Source of the DNA: Octopus sinensis
Taxonomy: Eukaryota
DNA: 26,136 bases
Direction: 5' to 3'
NCBI RefSeq assembly: GCF_006345805.1
Contig: NW_021835644.1
Coordinates: 1-26,136 of the forward strand
The notes beneath the pieces were generated by a model that worked only from the letters and a program-made list of their open reading frames with translations, searched no databases and was not told where the DNA came from. The stretch's first letter is position 1; every line of letters starts with the position of its first letter. A program made the translations under genes and the position numbers. Below, piece by piece: positions 11,700 to 21,021 of the stretch.

Positions 11700-12400
11700 T
11701 TTGTTGATTAATGTAAAATGCCTCTCCCAAACATGTTTCAATACAAATGGAAAAGAAATTAGAAATATTGGTGGGGATATAAATAACATTGTAAGGAACA
11801 TTAAGCTGGTAAAAAATGTTGAAAAAAATATTGGGGTAAAATGAATAAAGAAAAGTAACTGGAAAAGATGACTGAAAGATAAATGGGGTACATGAGAATG
11901 TAAGGATATTGAGAGTTTGTAAAAATTATGAATCAAGAAAAAGACAGTAAAATGAATGGGAGTTAGAGACTTAGAAAAACTAGAAGCCTAGATATGAAAG
12001 GAAATTTGGATAAAATATAAATGAAGTAATTGAAATAAGACTAATGATAGGAAGATGTGTAGAGCAAATGAAAGAGTGTGATAATATTAGGGTACAATAT
12101 CAGGTGACAGCAATGATAATGAAGGTATTGGACATAAATATTGACACAGGTAACCAACAGATGGTATAAATAAAGTGGGATTGATGGCAGATATAGTTGT
12201 AATGTCGAAAATATTAGGTCCTGAAGCCAGCCATGATTCTGTAAAGTGTATATATACCACAAGTTACAGTGGTTCTGATAGTGGCAATAATAATGAAGTC
12301 ATTGAAAAACTGGGAGTGGGGCAATTGTAATGACAATGATGGTTAGGATAACGGTGGGGTGGGCAATGACTATCATTGGTAAGAGTGATGAATGTGCCTA
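11700..12400 (-). mobile_element. Very old Penelope-like remnant related to 420-1030
   Basis: Same purine skew. Shares the exact 15-mer GAAAAACTGGGAGTG with the 420-1030 tract; on the minus strand both read PHSQFF. Confidence 0.35.
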
Positions 12401-12957
12401 TGACTAGAAATTTGCATTCAGGTTACTGCTATTCTGTTTGGAGATAGAATTCATCTGGGGAAGGAGAATGTTTAAATACTTGTTGACTGAATTTTCATGC
12501 ATGTAGGCAGGAATCAAATGTCTCCTGACTTGTTTAGGAGGTTTGTTGCAGATAGGATATGCAGTTTTTCAGTTACTCACAGATTACATCTTTTGCCATG
12601 ACCATTATAGGTATTTGCTTTAGCTTAAATGCTCCTGGTGGGGTTGCTAGTTTAGTTGCTGACGACCAGACCATGGAACAGGTTATACTGGGCTACATGG
12701 TATCAGTAGCACTCGAGAGTGACTTGACTAATGTCAGGTCGCTCTCGAGTGACCTTGGTGAGGTGGGTGCTTGTTGAACACCCTATGGGACAAAAAGTAA
12801 GACCTGTCAAAGGGCAGAGGAACTGCAGTGTAGTCAATGGCCAGTCAACTATGTGTGTTTGTGGAGTGCTTGTGTATTGTGTATGTTGCATTTTGGACTC
12901 TGTGTGTGTGTATTGTATATACTGTGTTCTTTTTTTTTTTTTAATTGTATATATATA

Positions 12958-13350
12958 GGCGCAGGAGTGGCCGTCTGGTAAGTAGCCTGCTAACCAACCA
13001 CATGGTTCCGGGTTCAGTCCCACTGCGTGGCATCTTGGGCAAGTGTCTTCTGCTATAGCCCCGGGCCGACCAACGCCTTGTGAGTGGATTTGGTAGATGG
13101 AAACTGAAAGAAGCCTGTCGTATATATGTATATATATATATATATGTATGCGTGTGTGTGTTTGTCCCCCTAGCATTGCTTGACAACCGATGCCGGTGTG
13201 TTTACGTCTCCGTCACTTAGCGGTTCGGCAAAAGAGACCGATAGAATAAGTACTGGGCATACAAAGAATAAGTCTCGGGGTCGATTTGCGTGACTAAAGG
13301 CGGTGCTCCAGCATGGCCGCAGTCAAATGACTGAAACAAGTAAAAGAGAG
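12958..13350 (+). mobile_element. tRNA-derived SINE copy C, full length (octopus-type; family name needs Dfam/Repbase)
   Basis: A-box-like TGGCCGTCTGG, B-box-like GGTTCAGTCCC, CCTTGGGCAAG-type core, internal (TA)n/(TG)n, GTCGATTTGCGTGAC hairpin remnant, and a LINE-like 3' tail ending TAAAAGAG. Confidence 0.93.
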
Positions 13351-13479
13351 AATATATCGTATGGGCAGTGAGCAGGTCCTTCTGGTCCTGTACAGGTAGT
13401 GAGACGTCCCCGCCCTCCAAGAGTCTTCTGTTGACTTGCAGGTAAGTTTTTTTGGTTAATCAAAAGCTAGGGAGTAAAC

Positions 13480-14675
13480 TGTATCCAAATCCGGAGTGGA
13501 GCCCCTAAGGTGGTTAGGTGATGAAGTCCATCATCTCTCCAGCAGCGCCTGCAATCCAGTTGTGGCTAGGATGTGTCATCCTGCGTCCCTCCTGGCTAGA
13601 TTGGCTGGACTGAGAGGGGGGTCTTGGGCTTGGGCAACCAAGGCCTCCATAGTTCTCTTGCCCAGGATTCAGTGACTCCACCCCGTCTACTTCTTCTTCT
13701 TCTTCCAAGTCCTTAGGCGATGGGCGAGTGGTGACAGTGGCAGGTGCAGGATGGCGCTGGGAATGCTTGCCATGGACCTGCACTCAGGTGGTCAGGGCAG
13801 AAGGGTCGTTCTGCAGCCTACCAGAGCAAGAGCATAGTTCGGCAGCCACTCTGACGACGGAGCAGCCCTCTTCAGGGATAGCACTGCTCCTCCACTGAGA
13901 GGGGAGGGTCTAGAAAAGGTGACCTAAAGAAAGCTCGCTTCATCTCATCCTGTCAGCATACCGCAGCTGACTGGTCATCTACCATGTGGTCGAAACTTGA
14001 AGGAAATACAAAAGAAGAACCCAAAATCGTCCTGCCGGAAAATCATTTTATGTGTTGGAGCCTGGAACATCAGGACACTCATGGGCAACCATAACTGTGA
14101 CAGACCAGAACATCGAACAGCACTTGTGGGTCGTGAACTGTAGAGATACAGTATTGATGTTGCTGCCCTCAGCGAGACACTCCTTGCCAACACTGGGGAG
14201 ATCACCGACGCTGGAGCTGGATACACTTTCTTTTGGTCAGAGAAGGCACCGGATGAAAGCAGGAGTTGGCTTTGCCATTCGCATCACCCTCGTGAAGAAC
14301 CTGGAGTCACTTCCAAGAGGAATCATCGACTGCCTGATGGTGATGAGAATATCTCTCCATGGTAAGATGCACCTGACACTCATCAGTGCTTATGCCCCCA
14401 CTGCGACCTACACTCTGGAGCATAGAGATCTGTTCTATCTACCTGGATGCACCCAAGGTCCAAAGCTTGTCAGGATTATCAAGTCATTTCATGATGGCAT
14501 GATGGGTCACATTGTGGAAAATGGAGATGTCTCTGATCCATTCTCGGTCTCCACTGGTGTGAAGCAAGGCTGTGTGATGGCTCCCACACTCTTCAACCTC
14601 ATGTTTACCACCACGCTCTTCCGTGCCCTGTCAAAGTCTGCTGTTGGTGTCACTATTCGCTAGAGATGTGACGGC
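13480..14675 (+). mobile_element. RTE-clade (BovB-like) LINE: 5' region, endonuclease N-terminus, large internal deletion, short RT segment
   Basis: VGAWNIRTL (14057-), IDVAALSET, GYTFFWS, AGVGFAI and LISAYAPT are APE motifs. After ...DLFY (14438) the frame jumps to PKLVRIIKSFHDGM...STGVKQGCVMAPTLFNL (RT). The 5' boundary is approximate. Confidence 0.88.
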
Positions 14676-15204
14676 CGATTCTTTGTGCGTGTATGTATGA
14701 GTATTTTGTGTGAGTGGGTTCATTTGCATATGCATATGTGTGAGTGTATGTGTGTGTACATGTGTATATGTGTGCGTGTGTATTTTGTGTGTGTGTGCAT
14801 GTGTATGTGTGTGAACGAGGAGTATATGTGTGCTTCCTTGCACATGTATGCATGTATGAGTGCATGTGTGTGGGGTTGTGAGTGTTAGGTATGTGCATGT
14901 GTGTGTATGTGTATGTAGGTATATATTGTGTGTGCATGTATGCGCATGCATATGTGTGCATTTGTATGTGTGCGTATGTGTCTGCATGTATGTATATATT
15001 GCGTGTATGTCTATATGTGTGTGTGAGTTTCTGTATGCGTGTGTGCCTGGAGTTTTGTGGTGGTATATGTGCGTTTCAGTGTGTGTGTGTGCTTATGTCC
15101 ATGTGTGTGTATCTGTATGAGTATGTTGTGTGTGTGGGAGGTATATGTGCATGGATGTGTATGCGTGTGGATGTATGTGTGTGTGTGTATGTATGTATGC
15201 ATAA
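14676..15204. repeat. ~530 bp imperfect compound (TG)/(TA)/(TGTA) microsatellite tract
   Basis: Directly visible. It is the source of the THTH/CVCV-rich ORFs in the track. Confidence 0.95.
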
Positions 15205-15922
15205 GTAAATTGGAGAGAGGAGTGGAATTTAGAGAGGAAAGAGATGAAGTGGCAGAGTTGTTCATGGTAGAGGGAAATGGCACCTATACAGTCGTTTCTA
15301 TAGCGATTGTATAGCTCTGGGGTTTGCCCAGAGAATTGGGTGAATACTTGGGCCTCAGTGTAACCAACATGGGGCCCATTCTTGTTCCCATCACGACCCC
15401 AGATAACATTGGTAGGTTTGTCCGGTGAACGTAAAGCAGTTGAGGGTGAGGATGAGTTCTGCCAGACTAAGAAGGATGGATGTGCTGGGTATGGGGTCAG
15501 GGTGATGGTCGAGGAAGTATTGGGAGAGCTTGGGGAATCACTGTATATAGGGATTTGATGTTCAAGATGAAGAGGAGGTGTTAGGAGCCAGGAAAAGGAA
15601 TTTAAGAGGCGAAGGGCGTGATTAGTGTCATGTATGTGAGATGGGAGGGCAGCAACTAAAGGGGACAGGATGCGGTCAAGGTATTTGGAAATGAGTTCAG
15701 TAGGGCAATTACAGGCAGAAATAATGGGACAGCCAGGGTTGTTGGGTTTATGTATTTTGGAAAGGAAATAGATGGTGGAAGTATGGGGTGTTCAGACGAT
15801 GAGGTTGGTGGCAGTGGGGAGAGAGCAGAAGAGGTCATGGATGGTGGACACGTGATGCTGGTTGGATGAGGTAGGGTTGGAAGAGATAGCCTTGAATTGG
15901 CTGAGTGCTTCCTCTCTGTTAC
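15205..15922 (-). mobile_element. Penelope-like element, reverse-transcriptase core fragment
   Basis: Minus-strand translation EALSQF...LPPTATNLIV...IYFLSKIHKPNNPGCPIISACNCPTELISKYLDRILSPLV...HDTNHAL...MGTRMGP...ELYNRYRNDCIGA...FHSSLQFTY. These are PLE RT motifs (LPKIHK, GxxMG, YIDD decayed to YRND). Confidence 0.88.
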
Positions 15923-16701
15923 CCTGCTATGTATTTGAAACTAAGAACAAAGTATCACTTAATAACTATGCTTGTGTGTTGGTTAATCTTTACTGGTATT
16001 CCAGCTTTTTTTATTTTCTTCTTTATTAGAGTTGATGAGCGCTCAGTTTATGTAGACTTTAAAAATAAGCAACACTCTTTATTACATATGAAACTATATC
16101 TGTTCTACCACCATCTCCTCCATTGTTGCCGCCGTCCTTTCATATTACTTTGACCGTGCTACCTTTTTTTACCATCCTTTCACCCTTTTCTCATTGATAT
16201 ACACCATCATCATCGTGATTTTGAGAAAAGAGTGGTTTCCTCATCAAACTTTTCTGTCGCTGCAAGAGATAAAAAAAATAATTAAAATAAAAAAAGTAGG
16301 GGACAGAGACAAAACAATAACTGGTTTACTGGCGACACAGATTTCATTTCATTGCCATGGCTCAAGATGAAGGCCAGCAGCAATCAGATCAGTTGGGAGA
16401 GAACTGCCTAAACAATTTCGAGAGTCAGTGCCTCCAAACACTGGATGCTGAGCCTAACATGGAGGAGGGATTGCAAACAGAAAGAGAATATGCTGCTCAA
16501 AAACTTGGGTTGGCTTTTCAGAATTCGGCCACTGCTATTGCTCACATGTATCAAGATGGACACCAAGGCTGTACTTTATGGGGTCCATTTCGAAATGTAG
16601 CTTTAGCAGTTACTGATATGTACAAAGATATGTTCTGAAGCTGTATTGATGTTGGTGTGCAGTGTGGTCAACAACACAGACCAAAGGATATTATTGCTTG
16701 G
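15923..16701 (+). pseudogene. HAPSTR1: Intronless, 3'-truncated copy of HAPSTR1/C16orf72 (upstream/5'UTR-like sequence plus N-terminal CDS, ATG at 16357, in-frame TGA at 16636-16638)
   Basis: FESQCL...QKLGLAFQNSATAIAHMYQD...TLWGPFRNVALAVTDMYKD MF* SCIDVGVQCGQQHRPKDIIAW aligns with recalled human WERQCL...QKLWHLFQNSATAVAQLYKD...SLWVPFQNAATAVTNLYKE...SFDIGIQIGYQRRNKDVLAW. Kozak context gccATGg. Homology stops at W (16699-16701). Left boundary approximate. Confidence 0.85.
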
Positions 16702-17570
16702 ACTCCACTTTTGTCTGCTGGCTTGAAAATGATGTCATTGTGGTGACAGAGGTTGCCAAGGGCAATCAATTCAGCACAGGTGAGGTTGGCCCAGAGAAAT
16801 CTTTTTTTGAAATTGGATCAGTCGGCCACTGCATTGCAGTCATGCACGAACAAGTCTAGGCTATGGAATTGGCCTGGAGGTAGCATGCAGTTGGATGGGT
16901 GCTGCTCCAGCTCTGAGAAGCAATCCCGATTGTTGTGACGCTGTGCAGACCTATGGAAAAATGAGCATAGTTTGATGCAGTGCAAGAACCGGCTGATGTT
17001 GGTGTGGGTCTCAAATTTGTTACATTGAGAGGCATGAAGTGGAGACCTCTGCTGGGAGTGAACGCTCAGCAGCGGACAGAGGGAGGTTGGGTGGTATAGT
17101 GACAACAGTGTGTGGGAGCAGAGTGGTGAGGTTGGGAAGAGGGGGTGCAGAGGTATGGAGGTGAGGGTTGGAATGGTTGGGTGGGGATGGGGGTAGGGGT
17201 GGGAATGTTCAAGACAGGGGCATCTGGGTGCGTGCAGGGGGTGTGGTGGATGCAGGAGGGGGAGTAGGCAGGTAGCTGAAGGGGCGGGTGTTGGAGTGTG
17301 TGAAGGGTTGAGGAGGCAGTGGAATTTTTTGTTTTTGTGTGTGTGAGGAAATTGTGGAGTTGGTGGTTGAGATTAAGAAGGAAGCGGAGAATATGTTGGG
17401 TGAAGAGCTGAGGGCAGAGGGAGGAGAGGTGGGCGTAATAAGCTACATTTAGACATAAAATACTTAAAATCTGGTGCAGTGGAACAAAAGTTAAGAGAAA
17501 AAGTGTATAGACCAAACTGGTTGACTGATAAGTAGTAATGCCTGACAATGACACTTTGAATCCACACCAT
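16702..17570 (-). mobile_element. Penelope-like element, N-terminal ORF part (same element as 15205-15922)
   Basis: Minus strand: LCPQLFTQHILRFL...Pro-rich linker...VVTIPPNLPLSAAERS...GLHF.P...ALGNLCHHNDIIFKPADKSG. In PLE ORFs the KPADKG motif directly precedes the EAxRQL segment found at ~15900. Confidence 0.85.
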
Positions 17571-17725
17571 TCTTTTAATTTTGATTAGGAATTATTATAT
17601 TGATATTAATATGAAGGAGCAATGTTAAAGGAATATATTGGTAAAGGTTTCATAACATTTTATCCATTGGAACTTAATTCTCAAATTTTCACCAATTTTT
17701 GTGTGATATTAAAGGCACACTACTC

Positions 17726-18254
17726 AGGCATAACTACAAACTTCTGCCATCTCTGAATTTGGATGATCATAACTTTCAGAAAAACGGATATTTTTTAGTG
17801 AAATTTTCTAGAAATATGTGTTACATCATCATGTAGATTCTGAATATACAAAATTTTGGAGGGAAGTGTTTTAGAAGGGGTGGGGTGGAGAATTTCGGAA
17901 AATTCATCTGAGTTCACTTCAGTTCATGTTAGCTTTCAAGAAAATGGTTATTTTTAATGAAATCCTCTACAAATATACCTCAGACTATGTAGATACCAAG
18001 GACATAGGAATTTTTTAGGGAAAATTGGGGGAAAAGTTCTCAGAAAGAACCCCTAATTGGGGAACAGTTCTCAAAAATAACCCCCAATTGTTTTCCCCCC
18101 AAATTCCTATGTCCTTGGAATCTATATAGTCCGAGGTATATTTGTAGAGTAACCCCTCCCCCCATTATTTGTAGAAAATTTCATTAAAAAATATCCATTT
18201 TTCTGAAAGTTATGATCGTCCAAAGTTGGAAGGACAGAAATCTGTAGTTATGCC
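17726..18254. mobile_element. Foldback MITE with ~85-bp imperfect terminal inverted repeats and 8-bp flanking direct repeat (hAT-like TSD)
   Basis: GGCATAACTAC...GATCATAACTTTCAGAAAAA...AAATTTTCTA (17727-~17812) is inverted at ~18168-18254. CACTACTC flanks both ends (17718-17725 and 18255-18262). Confidence 0.75.
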
Positions 18255-18789
18255 CACTACTCTTTTATGAACTAAACTATTTCTTAGGTGCACACACAAC
18301 AAAAAATAAAAGACAACACAAATTGATACAAAGAGTTCTAAGATTTATTTTCATTAGTCTAAATTATTTTTTATAAAAAATGAAATTTTTTGGCTCAATT
18401 TTTTTGTAGTATGGCTTTTTAAAGTTCATTTTTGAATAAAGTATTTTAATAACAAGATTATTTAATAAAATATTTTTATGTTTTTGATTTTGTCTCTATG
18501 AGCAGTACTGAATCATGTAGTTCAGCAAAGGCAAATGACAAAAATGCAAATATTTTAACAGTCAGTTTTCACTATTTAAAAATTTTCAAGGATGGAGTTA
18601 TTTGCATGCTAAAAATGACTATTTATAATTTATTTATCAATTTTATTGTAAAAAGAATATGATTATTTGTGGCTTTTTCTCTATAAGCAGTACTGGTCTG
18701 TAGTAAGGCAAATGCTACTTGTAATTATATTCTATTCAATTTTAATTTAATTTAATTTATTTAAAATAAAATCATTTGATTAAATTTGT

Positions 18790-18980
18790 AATTTATTAAA
18801 ATTAGAGCTTAGAATATTGCTGTTAAAATTAAAAATTATTTTATTAATTCATTTAGTACAAAAAATTAAAAAGGAAAAGTGAAATTAATTGAATTTAAAA
18901 AAAAATATGAAAAAGTACCTAAGAGGTACTTTTTAATTTTAATTTTAGCAGCAATATTTTAAATTCTAATTTTAATGAGT
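18790..18980. repeat. AT-rich imperfect inverted repeat (~43-bp arms) enclosing a perfect 11-bp hairpin
   Basis: ATTAAAATTAGAGCTTAGAATATTGCTGTTAAAATT pairs with AATTTTAGCAGCAATATTTTAAATTCTAATTTTAAT. AAAAAGTACCT-aag-AGGTACTTTTT lies at 18910-18934. Confidence 0.7.
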
Positions 18981-19109
18981 TTTTTCTTATACTCTACTTT
19001 TCCAGGTTTAATTGTTAAGAATATTGTTTGTTAGTATGCATCCCATTTTTCATTGGCTAGTACATATATGTATTTATTTTATTTTCTCTCTGTGTTTATT
19101 TCTGTGTTC

Positions 19110-19145
19110 CTTTCTGTTGAAGAGCGTAGGCTTGAAACATAAAAG
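19110..19145 (+). ncRNA. Degenerate minimal type-I hammerhead-ribozyme-like motif, probably in a Penelope terminal-repeat fragment (~19060-19240)
   Basis: CTTT-CTGTTGA-A-GAGC(GTAG)GCTT-GAAAC-ATA-AAAG: stem I CTTT/AAAG, stem II GAGC/GCTT, core CUGuUGA...GAAAC. It deviates from the canonical core at A6, has an extra A, and reads AUA rather than GUA at the cleavage site. Confidence 0.35.
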
Positions 19146-19260
19146 ACTTTCTCACTTATAGAGTGTTAAACTAATAGACCTGTTTGTTGTTTTCACACCT
19201 GTCTTTGTCTTTTGTTTTTTTTGTAAATTCCAACTATGTATGTATATACATGTATATGTA

Positions 19261-19452
19261 AGTGTGTCTGTGTTTGCCCCCCTCCCCACCATCACTTGAC
19301 AACCGATGTTGGTGTGTTTACGTCCCTGTTTGGCAAAAGAGACTGCTAGAATAAGTACTAGTCTTACAAAGAATAAGTCTTGGTGTTGATTTGTTCGACT
19401 AAAAGTGATGGTCCAGCATGGCTGCAGTCAAATGACTGAAACAAGTAAAAGA
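19261..19452 (+). mobile_element. tRNA-derived SINE copy D, 3' half only
   Basis: CTTGACAACCGATGTTGGTGTGTTTACGTCCC...AGAATAAGTACTAG...CAGTCAAATGACTGAAACAAGTAAAAGA matches the SINE 3' half. Confidence 0.88.
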
Positions 19453-20638
19453 ATATATATATATATGTTTGGCCAACCATCTTTCTACATTTAAATATAT
19501 TCATGAATGTAATACTACAGATCTTAGTCAACTAATTTGACATCTGAAAGACTATAATAAACAATTTTCTTTAGATTGAGAAATTTTGTCAACATCATTT
19601 CCCTATGATAAAGGGAAATCTTTTGGGTTTTGTTGTACGGACGATCAACTATTTATCCTTTTTCCCAAACATGCACTGGTCAACACCTATAAAGAACATG
19701 TTTACAGGTGTTTACATTGGTAAAAACACATTTTCAGCTATTTCAAATAATATCTGCCCCCTTACCTAATATTATCTGTAATATACACTTTTTGCTTCTC
19801 ATTCCATACCCCCTATTCTTTCCTTTATCTTTTCTATCCATTTGTCATTCACCCTGTATTTGTTTATACCACTGTTACTCCTCTAATTCTCTTTCTCTCC
19901 TTCTTCTCTTCTTCTTTGACGTCAAATTTCTTAAGTTTTTTCAAATTACTAGCGTTCCCTATCCACTTTTGTTTTCCATATATATTATAGTTTCTTGCAT
20001 CTGTAAAAATGACTTATTGGTGAGCTCTGTTGTTTATAATCTCTTCCTTGATGAAATTGATACATTTTTCCACATTATTCTTCCTCTCAGATTTATTTTA
20101 ATGTATCAGTCAAAACATATGTCGGTGATATGGTGAATTATCACCCATGCAAGTGGAATTACTAATTTTGTAGTCGCTTATGTGACATTTCGGTCCCCTG
20201 GTAAATATTCCTCTGAATCTTTCCTTGTAAATTAAACATTTATATATGTATATGTGTGTGTGTGTGTATGTATGTATACCTATATAGAAATGAGAATGTG
20301 CCTCTGTCTGTCTGTGAATCCCTAATACTCAAGAACTACACAACTGATTTCATTCAAATTTTACACATGCCAGTGTCATGGGCTAAAACAATTTTCAACT
20401 TCTTGCATAATGCGAGCCCAGAGCAGTCTCTTATCTCTTACACTATTTCAGTATTACGTGTCAAACGGGAAACAATAACATCTCTACATTGTAATGTGTG
20501 ATACTTTCAGTTTAATACTTTCACTATTAATAGTAAAACTATTAATGAAACTATTATCTCATATATATCTCACATGTATATACATACATACATACATACA
20601 TACATGTATATTATATATATATATTATGTACGTATATA

Positions 20639-20987
20639 GGTGCAGAAGTGTCTGTGTGGTAAGTAGCTTGCTTACCAACCACATGGTTCCGAGTTCAGTC
20701 CCACTGTGTGGCACCTTGGGCAAGTGTCTTCTGCAATAGCCTTGGACCGAACAAAACCTTGTGAGTGGATTTGCTAGACGGTAATTGAAAGACACCTGTC
20801 GTATATATATGTGTATGTGTGTTGGTGTGTTTACGTCCCTGTAACGTAGCAGTTTGGCAAAAGAGACCGATAGAATAAGTATTAGGCTTACAAAGAATAA
20901 GTCCCAGGGTTGATTTGTTTGAATAAAAAGGCATGCTCCAGCATGGCCACAGTCAAATGACTGAAACAAATAAAAGAATAAAAAAGA
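20639..20987 (+). mobile_element. tRNA-derived SINE copy E, near full length with an internal deletion
   Basis: GGTGCAGAAGTGTCTGTGTGGTAAGTAGCTTGCTTACCAACCACATGG... to CAGTCAAATGACTGAAACAAATAAAAGAATAAAA. Confidence 0.92.
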
Positions 20988-20988
20988 A

Positions 20989-21021
<33 letters not shown>

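Noticed and set aside
12958-13040. tRNA gene
   Set aside because: A- and B-box-like motifs are present but there is no complete cloverleaf; it is the SINE head.
14631-15314. Multiple overlapping ORFs rich in T/H or C/V/M
   Set aside because: Translation artefacts of the TG-rich microsatellite.
19690-20140. GVYIGK peptide and pyrimidine skew suggesting a GIY-YIG remnant; 142-aa ORF
   Set aside because: A single short motif with no supporting context; the ORF is low-complexity and starts at GTG.
6434-20987. All five SINE copies lie on the host sense strand
   Set aside because: With n=5 this occurs by chance about 1 time in 16; not meaningful without a larger sample.
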